This document shows, piece by piece, positions 18,189 through 27,954 of a DNA stretch of 64,000 nt. The notes below the pieces were generated by a model. That model searched no databases. It saw nothing but the letters and a program-made list of their open reading frames with translations, and was not told where the DNA came from. The DNA lies in NCBI GenBank assembly GCA_965204375.1, contig OZ241986.1, positions 5,888,001 through 5,952,000 on the forward strand, read 5' to 3'. The first letter of the stretch is position 1, and each line of letters opens with the position of its first letter. The translations under genes were made by a program, and so were the position numbers. This DNA comes from Candidatus Latescibacterota bacterium. GTDB lineage: Bacteria > Latescibacterota > UBA2968.

Positions 18189-19567
18189 ATCCCCTCAATG
18201 TACAGATCAGAGAAGGGCTTGGTCAATTCATGCATAATCTTTCCCATCTTCGTTTCAAAATCCTCTTCAGCTTTATCTTTTTTGACAGGAAATTGGTTGA
18301 GTGCAATTAGTTGTTCATCGTCCGGGTTCTTCTTTACATGAACGTCCAGCCATTGGAGGATATCTGCGCTGTGCGTGGCAATCACGACGTTTACGCCTTG
18401 GCGGGACAACTCAAAGAGACTTTCTGCCATGACGACCTGCCAGGCTGGATGCAGGTGTGCTTCTGGCTCATCAATAAAGAGAAATGTCCCTTTATCCAGT
18501 ACCTTGCGCTCAATCAACAATGCCAGGATGCCGAGATTAGCGATTCCCATCGCGGTGACAGGCAATGAGAAATTGCGACCATTTTCTTGGAAGGATAAAT
18601 TGCTAGTTTCGGAAATTGCAATCTTTCCCCCCATGACATTTTTTCCAGTCAGCTTTGCATATACATTCGGGAAGGCCATGGCCCCGGTGTATTCAAACTT
18701 CAATGCGCTTGCAAGATCATAAAAATATCCCGGAACACCACTGAGTGTTCCCCTGCCGTATCGCTGTTGAACGTAATCCTTGGTGTTTTCCAACGAGGTT
18801 TTCAATTTCCAGTAAACTGGTGATTCCAGATAGATTACTCTGGAGTACTGTTGCAATTGCTTTACCCAGGATCTATCTATTGCGAATCCGATCCTCTCGT
18901 CCGCGAATGAGATTTTTCCAAAGTTCTCAACCACGACCTCTGATGGTGTTCCTTCTTTCCTTCTTAGATCAGAAACAATTGAAACTTGAAAGTTCTGAAT
19001 CAGATTTTGTGAAAGTTCATAATCTATACCTGCAATAAGAAAATTTTCCGCTTTTGTTTGGTGAAGTTCCTTTTTTACCTTGATCAATGAATTTGTCAGT
19101 CTATCCAGGTCTCTCTGTCTCCTCTCTGCACTTTTTTTTGTAGAACCTTGCGGGATCTCAGCGGCTATTTGTTCCATTTGTTCCATTTGGCTGATAAGGT
19201 CAGGAATAATATCTTCTAAAACGATATCCTCGCTCTCGAACTCTTCAATGGAAGCCTTCTTTACAAGAGCTTCTAATTTTTCAGCTCCATTTTGCATTGA
19301 AGACTGCCACGAGAACATAGCCTTATCAGAAAGCTCCTCTGGGTACAGCCTCATCGACATCATTATGTAATCATAAACTGGCCTGAACAGATTGTTTAGA
19401 TATGTCTCGACATGGTTCGCGTTCATTGCGTTAAATAGCGAATACAGGAGTTTGGAGACAAAGCTCTTTCCCGTATTATTTGGTCCTGCAAATACAGTGA
19501 ACTGGCCGATGCAGACTTCCACATCTTCGAGTTTGCCGATATTTTTGATTTTTACTTTGAAAGCCAT
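18185..19567 (-). CDS. AAA_15/AAA_21-type ABC ATPase
   Basis: IKNIG, Walker A GPNNTGKS, Walker B/D-loop FIDEPEAHLHP, H-loop IATHS; no TM partner. Confidence 0.9.
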   Translation of the reverse strand: MAFKVKIKNIGKLEDVEVCIGQFTVFAGPNNTGKSFVSKLLYSLFNAMNANHVETYLNNLFRPVYDYIMMSMRLYPEELSDKAMFSWQSSMQNGAEKLEALVKKASIEEFESEDIVLEDIIPDLISQMEQMEQIAAEIPQGSTKKSAERRQRDLDRLTNSLIKVKKELHQTKAENFLIAGIDYELSQNLIQNFQVSIVSDLRRKEGTPSEVVVENFGKISFADERIGFAIDRSWVKQLQQYSRVIYLESPVYWKLKTSLENTKDYVQQRYGRGTLSGVPGYFYDLASALKFEYTGAMAFPNVYAKLTGKNVMGGKIAISETSNLSFQENGRNFSLPVTAMGIANLGILALLIERKVLDKGTFLFIDEPEAHLHPAWQVVMAESLFELSRQGVNVVIATHSADILQWLDVHVKKNPDDEQLIALNQFPVKKDKAEEDFETKMGKIMHELTKPFSDLYIEGI

Positions 19568-19724
19568 GGCAAGTTTGATTGATAAGTTGGATGCAGGCTT
19601 TGTGGTGTTTGTTCAGGGCATCGCCAAAATCCCATAAAGTTAAGATACATATCTTAGGATAAAAAGAAAAGTCCCGCTTTTACCATTGTTTTTTGTGGCG
19701 GGGCGTTCTGTATTTATCCACAGG

Positions 19725-21299
19725 CTATTGATTATCTATCTGGGAGCGAACTATGCATTCTATGTGATCGACGATGATATCCTCTTCGATATTTTCCGCA
19801 GATTTTGAGATGGTCAGGCCCAGGTGGTTGTCGCCATAAATAAATGGCGGGTTTGATAGGGCGATTGTACACGATGGAGGTTGGTCATCATCGGGCCATG
19901 TCCATGTCAGGTTTTGAGATGGGATTTTTGTGCCGTTGATGTCAACTGTGAGTGCGTCGTCTTTTGACAAGCCCTGTGTAAAGAAGGTCAGGATGTTTTC
20001 TGAGGGAATGGGTTCTGAGGGGAGATGTTCACACAGGCGAAATCTGAAGGTGTCTCGTTGTCCCGTTTTTTGGCGGGAGAGGACGAGTTCTTCTTTGATA
20101 TAGACCTCGCCCAAACTTTTGCTATTTGCCCAGAGTGAACGGAATGTGTAGTGTCGATCTGGGCCGATGCTTTGCGGGTTTTTTAATTCTACGAGGTCGT
20201 TCATCGCCGCTGGATACATTGCGGGGTTTTTTGCACCATTAGTTCCCGGGGGTTCAAACTGGGGTCCCCAGTGAAAGAAGTAATTCTGGGTCGAGAAGCC
20301 GTCGGCTCCTGCGGCATAGAAGTTTTGCAATGCGGCGCGGTATTGGGGCATGTCCATGAGAAATTCTGTATCTATACTGAGTCTGGGTTGTACCTGGGGA
20401 TAGACATAACAGTTGTGTTGCCGGGCTATTGATACAAAGTCTTCGTATTTTTCGTTGAAATCGGTGAATCCAAAATCTCCAGGTGCAACATAGTCGATCA
20501 GGCCCTCTTTGATCCAGGTGGGTACGTCTAAGCTCAGATTTTTACAGCCCGCCATTTGCTGGGGTACGCGAACGCCGAGGATGAGGTTTCGGTCTCTACC
20601 TTTTGGGGAATGGGCATTGTCCAGCATGTTGCGGACTTGTCGGATAAAGCCGTTCATGGTGCTGTGGCTGTGTGATAGTTCAGCTCTGGGAAAACATTCT
20701 GCAAGGCGGGTGAAGTTAAATTCCATGCCGTCGATGTCGAAGCGGTTGGCGACTTCTTCCATGATGTCGAGGAGAAAGGCGCGCACTTCTGGTATGGCGT
20801 AGTTTAAGGAGCATCCGTATTTGCGGCTTTCGGGCGGTGCGCGTCTGGTGGAGGGTTTGTATTCTCTGAGTACCCATTCGGGTTTTTCGTCGCAGAGTTT
20901 TTTGAAGAATTCTGTGTGGTGGCCGTGGCGGTCGTTCATTCGAAAACCAGCGATAAATTCCAGGCCCTGCTTATGGCATTCGTCGATATAGACTTCGACG
21001 GGCATAATCCCGCTGTCCATTATGGGTATCAGGCGCTGGTGCTGGTGCCGGATGTCGTAAGGGCATTTGTCGGTTCGCCAGAACATGGTCATTGCTTCGG
21101 CGAAGATTTCCTGTACGAGGGTGTCGATACTTCCCGCAGAGGCGTAATTGCGAACGATCTGACGCAGTTCTTCGGGTTTGGCCGCGGGGACACTGAAGTG
21201 GCTGGTGGTGTTTGAAGGGTCGCTGACGTAGATGAGACGGCGCGTGCCACGGGGTTGAAAGCGGCCCAGGTGCGGGGATGATGTTTGTGAAGTTGGCAT
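19725..21299 (-). CDS. glycoside hydrolase-like TIM-barrel protein (family 10-like/GHL10)
   Basis: FRMNDRH, LNYAIPEVR, FDIDGMEFNFTR, LDVPTWIKEGLID. Confidence 0.65.
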   Translation of the reverse strand: MPTSQTSSPHLGRFQPRGTRRLIYVSDPSNTTSHFSVPAAKPEELRQIVRNYASAGSIDTLVQEIFAEAMTMFWRTDKCPYDIRHQHQRLIPIMDSGIMPVEVYIDECHKQGLEFIAGFRMNDRHGHHTEFFKKLCDEKPEWVLREYKPSTRRAPPESRKYGCSLNYAIPEVRAFLLDIMEEVANRFDIDGMEFNFTRLAECFPRAELSHSHSTMNGFIRQVRNMLDNAHSPKGRDRNLILGVRVPQQMAGCKNLSLDVPTWIKEGLIDYVAPGDFGFTDFNEKYEDFVSIARQHNCYVYPQVQPRLSIDTEFLMDMPQYRAALQNFYAAGADGFSTQNYFFHWGPQFEPPGTNGAKNPAMYPAAMNDLVELKNPQSIGPDRHYTFRSLWANSKSLGEVYIKEELVLSRQKTGQRDTFRFRLCEHLPSEPIPSENILTFFTQGLSKDDALTVDINGTKIPSQNLTWTWPDDDQPPSCTIALSNPPFIYGDNHLGLTISKSAENIEEDIIVDHIECIVRSQIDNQ

Positions 21300-21320
21300 T
21301 TGGTCCGTCCTTGTTCGCGT

Positions 21321-21761
21321 TTATGGTGGGGCTGTGCGTTGCGGTTGCGCGCCATCGGGCAGGGGAGGAACGTCGATGCCTGCCTTCGGCAGGGTGCCGG
21401 TCATTTCCTGCTGCGGGTGTGCAATAAAGCCCGCAGCACAGCAGTAGATCATTTTCAGGGGTACGTCGCCCGTGTTGGTGAGTTGATGATATTCTCCCGG
21501 GGGTATGTACACGGCCTGACCGGCTTTCAGAGTTTGTCTTTCGGTTCCAAGACACATTTCGCCTTCGCCTTCGATGACGAAGTAGATTTCTTCTTGTGCC
21601 TGATTGTGCCAGGGCACCTGTCCCCCGTTGGGTTCGAAGGTGACGAATCCAACGGAGAATTCCTCTGTGGGGATAGGGGTGCCAGCACCTGCAACAGGCT
21701 GTGTTCTTCTGCGTGCGGGAAATTGTCGGCCTTCAATCTCGCGCAGGTCTGAGATGATCAT
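21321..21761 (-). CDS. cupin domain protein
   Basis: PWHNQAQEEIYFVIEG and VYIPPGEYHQLTN. Confidence 0.88.
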   Translation of the reverse strand: MIISDLREIEGRQFPARRRTQPVAGAGTPIPTEEFSVGFVTFEPNGGQVPWHNQAQEEIYFVIEGEGEMCLGTERQTLKAGQAVYIPPGEYHQLTNTGDVPLKMIYCCAAGFIAHPQQEMTGTLPKAGIDVPPLPDGAQPQRTAPP

Positions 21762-21772
21762 GTTGGGATCCT

Positions 21773-22363
21773 TTAATCGGCTGCGACTGTTTCGCGGGTT
21801 TTCATTCTTTCTCGTTCTTCGATGAGCAGGTTCATCCAGTGTTTCATGTACTGTCCGTGGTCGTTCCACACGCGGCCGCTGACCAGATTGCCATCGATGA
21901 CGCACGGTTCATCGACGAAGATGCCGCCGCAGACTTCGAGGTCAAATTGGCATTTCCAAACGCAGGCCATGCGACGTCCTTTGACTACGCCTGCGCGACA
22001 CGGGATTTCAACGCCGTGACAGACGCTGGCAACGGGTTTGTTGTGTTCAAAGAAATAGCGCGTGATGCGGATGAGGTCGGGGTCGTCGCGGATGTATTCG
22101 GGGGCGCGTCCACCAGAGAAGAAGATGCCGACGTATTCGGAGGGGTCAACGTCTCGAAAGGCGATGTCGGCGTTGATCGAATACCCTTTCCATTCTTCGG
22201 TGATGTCCCAGCCGGGAGAGATTTCGTGGAGTACCATTTGATAGCGCCGCTTGTCTGGTCCCGCGACAACGGGGGTGAAGCCGTCTTCCTGTATTCTGAG
22301 AAATGGGTATAGCGTATCGACGGTTTCTGTGGCGTCTCCAACGATGATGAGTACTTTGTCCAT
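21773..22363 (-). CDS. DJ-1/PfpI family protein
   Basis: GGRAPEYIR, SVCHG nucleophile elbow, DGNLVSGR. Confidence 0.92.
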   Translation of the reverse strand: MDKVLIIVGDATETVDTLYPFLRIQEDGFTPVVAGPDKRRYQMVLHEISPGWDITEEWKGYSINADIAFRDVDPSEYVGIFFSGGRAPEYIRDDPDLIRITRYFFEHNKPVASVCHGVEIPCRAGVVKGRRMACVWKCQFDLEVCGGIFVDEPCVIDGNLVSGRVWNDHGQYMKHWMNLLIEERERMKTRETVAAD

Positions 22364-22377
22364 GACGGTCTCCTTTG

Positions 22378-22856
22378 TTAAATATCGACGAGGATGGTTT
22401 TATGCTCCTGAGCAGATCGCATAATGGCGTCGGCGGTTGCAACATATTTTCTGCCCTGTTCAGGTGTGACGATGAGGGAGGCTTCGCCTCTGATTGCAGC
22501 GAAAATATTTCGATAAAAGGGGCGGCTTTGCAAGTGAAATTTGGGTGGGTCCGGGATCTTTTGTATTTCCTTTTCTTTGCCGTCCATTCTTTTGTGGAGC
22601 CAGTGTTCGTGGTTTCGATCGATCATTACCATGAGGTCGCCTTTTTCACAGGCGATGTGAAAGCGAGGAAATGCGCGAGAAATTTGTCGATGTCGCGATA
22701 GCCCTCACAGCCGTATTCGCTTTTGGCATGTGCGAGGCGTTCTTCTCGGGTATCGCAAACCGCAATCAATTCGCATTCTTCCATTCCCGATAAACACGGG
22801 GCGTGCAGATTTTCTGCAATGGCTCCCCAACCGATAATTCCAGTGCCAATACGCAT
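22378..22856 (-). pseudogene. Gfo/Idh/MocA oxidoreductase with large internal deletion
   Basis: N-terminus GIIGWGAIA..H...AVCD joined out of frame (~22665) to C-terminus PRFHIACEKG...FYRNIFAAIRG...VTPEQ..AIMRSA. Confidence 0.8.
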
Positions 22857-22952
22857 GGTTGCCTCTGAATTTGTGCTTTTGCGGGATTCCTATCGGGTAA
22901 ATTAGCCCCTTAAAAATAGAAATCAAACTATTTTTTTTCAATGTTATAACAT

Positions 22953-22989
22953 AAAAAAAGCGACCAGGGGCAAAAGCCCAGGGTCGCTT
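22953..22989 (-). terminator. intrinsic terminator after ino1
   Basis: AAGCGACC..GGGC stem with 7-T tail on the minus strand. Confidence 0.7.
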
Positions 22990-23047
22990 AGAATATAAGA
23001 TAAACACAGTGCCTGCCAAATGGCAAGCACTGTGCGGGAGAGAGGTT

Positions 23048-24133
23048 TTACTCTTTCAAGCCGTACTGGCGAATAAAATCACTCGTCATTTCGCGTGCTT
23101 GATCGTCGCTGAATTGTTTGGGAGGTGATTTCATCAGGTAAGACGAGGGTCCCATCAAGGGGCCTTTGAGGCCGTGGTTGAGGGCGAGTTTGCAGAGCCT
23201 GACTGCGTCGATGACCACGCCCGCTGAGTTCGGTGAGTCCCAGACTTCGAGTTTGAGCTCCAGGTTGAGTGGTACGCCGCCAAAGGTTTCGCCTTCCATG
23301 CGGATATGACACCATTTGCGGTCTTCCAGCCAGGGGATGTGATCGCTGGGGCCAACGTGGATATTGTCTTTGCCCAGGTCGTAGTCGAGCTGAGAGGTGA
23401 CGGCCTGTGTTTTGGAGATTTTTTTGGATTCTAAGCGTTCGCGTTCGAGCATGTTGTAAAAGTCGGTGTTGCCACCAAAATTGAGTTGATACGTTTTACT
23501 GAGTTTGACGCCGCGTTCGCGGAACAGGCGGGTGAGCACGCGGTGGGTGATGGTGGCACCGACCTGTGACTTGATGTCGTCTCCGATGAGGGGTAAGCCG
23601 CGTTTTTCAAAGCGCTCGGGCCAGTGTCCGGCACTGGCGATAAAGACGGGCATGCAGTTGACGAAGGCACACCCGGCTTGCAGGACTTGTTCTACATACC
23701 ACTTGGTGGCCTGTTCGCTGCCTACGGGCAGGTAATTGACGACGACGTCTGTGCGCGTGGCTTTGAGGATTTCGGCAATATCATCGGTGTCGCCTTCGGC
23801 TTTTGTGATGACTTGATCGAGGTATTTGCCCAGGCCATCGTGGGTCATGCCGCGGTAAACGGGAACGTCGAGGTGGGGGACATCGGCAAATTTGATGGTG
23901 TTGTTGGGATGTGCAAAGATGGCTTCGCTCAAGTCTTTGCCTACTTTTTCCGCATTGACGTCAAAGGCAGCAGAAAATTCAATGTCGCGGATGTGATAGC
24001 CGCCCAGGTTGGGGTGCATCAATCCGGGGATGAAATCATCTTCAGAAGCGTTTTTGTAGTATTCGATGCCCTGTACAAGGGAGGATGCACAGTTGCCTGC
24101 GCCGATGATGGCGACTCGGACTTTGGAGGACAT
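23048..24133 (-). CDS. ino1: myo-inositol-1-phosphate synthase
   Basis: [50 protein letters not shown]. Confidence 0.96.
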   Translation of the reverse strand: MSSKVRVAIIGAGNCASSLVQGIEYYKNASEDDFIPGLMHPNLGGYHIRDIEFSAAFDVNAEKVGKDLSEAIFAHPNNTIKFADVPHLDVPVYRGMTHDGLGKYLDQVITKAEGDTDDIAEILKATRTDVVVNYLPVGSEQATKWYVEQVLQAGCAFVNCMPVFIASAGHWPERFEKRGLPLIGDDIKSQVGATITHRVLTRLFRERGVKLSKTYQLNFGGNTDFYNMLERERLESKKISKTQAVTSQLDYDLGKDNIHVGPSDHIPWLEDRKWCHIRMEGETFGGVPLNLELKLEVWDSPNSAGVVIDAVRLCKLALNHGLKGPLMGPSSYLMKSPPKQFSDDQAREMTSDFIRQYGLKE

Positions 24134-24228
24134 GTGTTTCTCCTTAAAGAGAAAGGTGTTTAAGGTATTGTCGGACAAAATGTCTGTGATTTTTTCTTAT
24201 TAGACAAATCAATAATTGCTATATTATT

Positions 24229-24245
24229 TATAGACAAAATCTATA
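24229..24245. promoter_or_regulatory. LysR-type T-N11-A box in the divergent ino1/lysR promoter region
   Basis: TATAGA-CAAAA-TCTATA palindrome; related site TAGACAAATCAATA at ~24201. Confidence 0.65.
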
Positions 24246-24271
24246 GATTGTGTTTTGAATTGGAGCGAGAT

Positions 24272-25195
24272 ATGAATCTTTATCATTTGCGCTATTTTTT
24301 GTCTGTTGCACAGACCGGGAGTTTTAGCCAGGCAGCACGGGAGATGCATGTGACTCAGCCAACGGTGAGCAGTGGTATTGCCGAATTGGAAAAAACAATG
24401 GGGGTGAGGCTTTTTAACCGGGGTGGTAAGCGCGTGGCGCTGACGATGGAAGGGCGCACGCTGGTGAATTATGCGATGCAGATCCAGGATCTGGTCGAAG
24501 AGGTAGAAGACCACTTGCAGCGGCGCGATGTGTTGCCTGGGGAGGGGTTTCAGTTTGGCGCAATTGATGCGGCTGTGACGTATTTGTTGCCGGATATTTT
24601 GAAGGATTACAGGCGTGTTTATCCCGATGTTTCTCTGTCTGCACAGGTGGCGCCGTCGCGTTATCTGGTGGATGATCTGCTGATGAATCGCTCTGAGTTT
24701 GCGGTTATTTCACTGCCTTATGATCATCCGCGCGTGGAGACGGTGTCGATTTATCGAGATTCTATGCCGCTTGTGGTGGGGGCATCTCATCCTTTTGCTG
24801 TGCGAAAAAGCGCGACTTTGCAAGAGGTGGTGCAAGAGCCTTTGATCCTGTTTCACACGGATTCTATATCGCGCAAAATTGTGGATGAGCGATTCGCAGA
24901 AGCAGGCGTGTCTCCCGGCGTGGTGATGGAGATGCGAAGCCCAGAGGCAATGCGAAAGCTGGTGGAAGTTGGTGTTGGGATTTCTTTTTTGTCTATGCTA
25001 ACTGTGCAGGAATCCCTGGATGTCGGGGCGTTAAAGGTGGTGGATGTGGAAGGGGTGGCATTTAGCCGCGAGATCGGCGTGGCGTGGAGGCGTGGACGCT
25101 ATTTTAGTGCGGCGATTCGCCATTTGATTGAGGCGATTTTTGAAGCATACCAGGGGCTGGATATCTGGCAAAAGAAGGTGGGGAGTGCAAAGTGA
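24272..25195 (+). CDS. LysR family transcriptional regulator
   Basis: LRYFLSVAQTGSFSQAAREMHVTQPTVS..I..LE...GVRLFNR. Confidence 0.95.
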   Translation: MNLYHLRYFLSVAQTGSFSQAAREMHVTQPTVSSGIAELEKTMGVRLFNRGGKRVALTMEGRTLVNYAMQIQDLVEEVEDHLQRRDVLPGEGFQFGAIDAAVTYLLPDILKDYRRVYPDVSLSAQVAPSRYLVDDLLMNRSEFAVISLPYDHPRVETVSIYRDSMPLVVGASHPFAVRKSATLQEVVQEPLILFHTDSISRKIVDERFAEAGVSPGVVMEMRSPEAMRKLVEVGVGISFLSMLTVQESLDVGALKVVDVEGVAFSREIGVAWRRGRYFSAAIRHLIEAIFEAYQGLDIWQKKVGSAK

Positions 25196-25205
25196 GTGGC
25201 GTATG

Positions 25206-26375
25206 CTAAAACTTGAATGTTTTGCGTTCGGTTTGTGTAAGGGTTTGTTCGATGAGGGGGGCGAGGTCGAGCGTGGATTCGATTTCGAGGACTTTTTCCA
25301 AATTGGCGCGCGTTTCCGGGTGTTTGGGTACAAAGACAGAGCAACAATCTTCGTAGGGTTCGATGGAGATTTGATATGTGTCAATGCGTCGCGCTTCATT
25401 GATGATTTCTTCTTTGTTGTCACCGGCCAGGGGACGCAAGATGGGCAGTGGGGTCACTTCTTCGATAGCGCGCATGTTCGATAGGGTTTGCGAGGCGACC
25501 TGTCCGACGTTTTCGCCTGTGACGAGTGCCTGGGCATTTACTTTTTCGGCAATGGTTTCTGCAATGCGCAGCATGGCGCGGCGGTAGAGAATGACGCGGT
25601 AGCTCGCAGGTGCTCGCGTCATGATGTGGCGTTGAATTTCGACAAATGGTACCAGGTAGAGGTCCGACACGTATTGATGCCGGGTGAGGAGTCTCACGAG
25701 GTCTTCGGTGTTACGCTGGGAGTTGCGATTGGTATAGGGCTGGCTGTGAAAGTGTACATAGGTCAGTTTGACACCGCGTTTCATAATTTTGTAAGAAGCC
25801 ACGGGTGAGTCAATGCCCGAAGAGATGAGGCTTACTGCGCTTTCATTGGACCCGACGGGCAAACCCCCTGGTGCCGGAATTTTTTCGGCGTAGATAAATA
25901 TGCGTTGTGGGGCAATTTCAATAAAACAGGTGAGGTCAGGGTTGTCCATCAGGACGCGGGCACCCGACAGAGTTTGAATATGCTTGCCCACGTCCCGGTT
26001 GATTTGGTCCGAATTGAGCGGAAAGGTTTTGTCGCCGCGTCTGGTGACAATTTTGAAGGATTCGAAATCGGTTTTTTGTGCAAGTGTCCAGGTCGTTTCT
26101 CGAATGGCTTCGATATTGCGTTTGGCGATAACTGCTTCGGAAAAGTTGGCGATGCCAAAGACTGTCAGGAGTCGTTCGCGGATAACATCTATGGGTGATT
26201 CTGAGGTGAGTGAGAGCATCATGCGACCCGATAGACGCTCGACCTTTCCACAGGGTACGCCTTTGAGTGCGCGGTTGATGTTGGTCATCAGATGCCGTTC
26301 AAATTTGCCCCGATTTTTGCCTTTGAGGCCAATTTCGTGATAGTGTATGAGTATGAAGCGGTCGTTGGTCGTCAT
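25206..26375 (-). CDS. thiI: tRNA 4-thiouridine synthase (THUMP + PP-loop, no rhodanese domain)
   Basis: YHEIGLKGKNR, GGLPVG, SSGIDSPVA, GQVASQT, EDCC. Confidence 0.95.
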   Translation of the reverse strand: MTTNDRFILIHYHEIGLKGKNRGKFERHLMTNINRALKGVPCGKVERLSGRMMLSLTSESPIDVIRERLLTVFGIANFSEAVIAKRNIEAIRETTWTLAQKTDFESFKIVTRRGDKTFPLNSDQINRDVGKHIQTLSGARVLMDNPDLTCFIEIAPQRIFIYAEKIPAPGGLPVGSNESAVSLISSGIDSPVASYKIMKRGVKLTYVHFHSQPYTNRNSQRNTEDLVRLLTRHQYVSDLYLVPFVEIQRHIMTRAPASYRVILYRRAMLRIAETIAEKVNAQALVTGENVGQVASQTLSNMRAIEEVTPLPILRPLAGDNKEEIINEARRIDTYQISIEPYEDCCSVFVPKHPETRANLEKVLEIESTLDLAPLIEQTLTQTERKTFKF

Positions 26376-26383
26376 GAGATGGG

Positions 26384-27949
26384 TCAGGATTTAAGGGATA
26401 AATCGCGCTGGAGAATAACGAGGGTTATATCGTCGGTGCGCTGCGCTTTGCCAATAAAGGATTTGACATCGGCGACGAGGTCGGCAATCAGGTCTGTGGG
26501 TGTCCGATCTATGGATGCGCGTTCGAGGCAACGTATAAATCGGTCGTCGTCAAAGAAGTTGCGTTTGGCATTTTGGGCTTCGACGACACCATCGGAGTAG
26601 AGCACGAGGCGATCACCGGGCGCGAGTGTTAAATGCTCAACTCGATAGGGAGTTTGGGGGCGTACGAGTGCCGGAATGCCAAGGGGATATCCCACGAGAT
26701 CGATAAATTGAGATCGGTTGGATAGATGGATCGGTGGACAGTGTCCTGCGCTTGCAAGCGTGACTTCGCCTGTGGGTACGTCGAGCACAGCGATGCAGCA
26801 TGTGATAAATGTGGCCTGGTCAATCTGACCTTCCAGTGAGTCATTAAGACCGTCGAGAATATCGGCTGGTGCAACGCGATTTTGGCATTCATAGCGGAGC
26901 ATTTCATTGAAACGCACGGCGGTCACGGCTGCTTCCATGGCTTTGCCAGAGACATCGGCAACGACTATGCCGAGTTTTGTTTTGTCTTCATCCAACCAGC
27001 GGTACGCATAGTAATCCCCTCCCACGCTGTTGGCGGGAATACACGTTCCGTCGAGTGCAAAACCCGGCAGGTCGGGGCTGGATTGCGGCAACAGACCCAT
27101 TTGCATGTCGTGTGCTGTTTGCAATTCATCGCGCATTTCCGAAAATTGTTGTTTGTAGCTCTCCCACTGTCGCGCTTCTTCGCAAAGGGTCTGGTTGTAG
27201 GCCGATGCAAAAATCCCGAGTGCGAGGGGTTGAAAGAGGGCGAAGACACAGAACTGGACGAAGGCATTGTCGATGATATTCCTGGTGAGTGCAACTGAGC
27301 CTATGAGGATTCCGAGCGCGGTGAGTATAAGCGCGCAGTGGCGAAAGAAGCCGTAGCGTTCAACGGCTTTCCGACTTTCGACATAGGCTTCATCAATGTG
27401 TACACCCCGGTCTGCTGCCAGAAGATAGATGTAGAAGCATTTGACAACAAAAATGATGCCGGGTAAAAATAAGAGACAAGCTGCCAGAATGACGGCCCAA
27501 AAGATATTTTTTTCTTCTAATAACTTCCCAATGTGTTCTGATCCAACGGGGATAACCCAGGGCGTTCCTTGGGCAACGGCCTGTTTGAATGCATTGAGCA
27601 GAAATGCAAAGAAATCGCTGCTCATGAACACCAGTACCGAAATGATGACTAAGCCGAGAATAAAAAATAAAAAGATAAAAATGTTCATCGAAAAAAAACG
27701 GACGAAACGAATGATTTGCCCAAATAGATCTCGCATACGGGGTTTTTCCCCTTGCTGTGCGCGCAAGATCATGATGGCAAAGCCAGCATATAAGCTGCCC
27801 AGGAGCAAAGTGCCCGATATCACACTCAGGAGTATTGCCAAAAATGAAGCGAGAAACAAAATAGGCAGGTGACTCGCCCAGGAGGATATGCTGTCGTTGA
27901 GACAGCGGAAGTATTGGAGATTTGCCCGAACGGGGATATCGAGAGCCAT
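26384..27949 (-). CDS. membrane-anchored PP2C/SpoIIE serine phosphatase
   Basis: Multi-TM N-terminus; ELQTAHDMQMGLLP, VGGDYY, VADVSGK, AGH, YSDGVVEA, DDITL. Confidence 0.92.
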   Translation of the reverse strand: MALDIPVRANLQYFRCLNDSISSWASHLPILFLASFLAILLSVISGTLLLGSLYAGFAIMILRAQQGEKPRMRDLFGQIIRFVRFFSMNIFIFLFFILGLVIISVLVFMSSDFFAFLLNAFKQAVAQGTPWVIPVGSEHIGKLLEEKNIFWAVILAACLLFLPGIIFVVKCFYIYLLAADRGVHIDEAYVESRKAVERYGFFRHCALILTALGILIGSVALTRNIIDNAFVQFCVFALFQPLALGIFASAYNQTLCEEARQWESYKQQFSEMRDELQTAHDMQMGLLPQSSPDLPGFALDGTCIPANSVGGDYYAYRWLDEDKTKLGIVVADVSGKAMEAAVTAVRFNEMLRYECQNRVAPADILDGLNDSLEGQIDQATFITCCIAVLDVPTGEVTLASAGHCPPIHLSNRSQFIDLVGYPLGIPALVRPQTPYRVEHLTLAPGDRLVLYSDGVVEAQNAKRNFFDDDRFIRCLERASIDRTPTDLIADLVADVKSFIGKAQRTDDITLVILQRDLSLKS

Positions 27950-27954
27950 AATAA

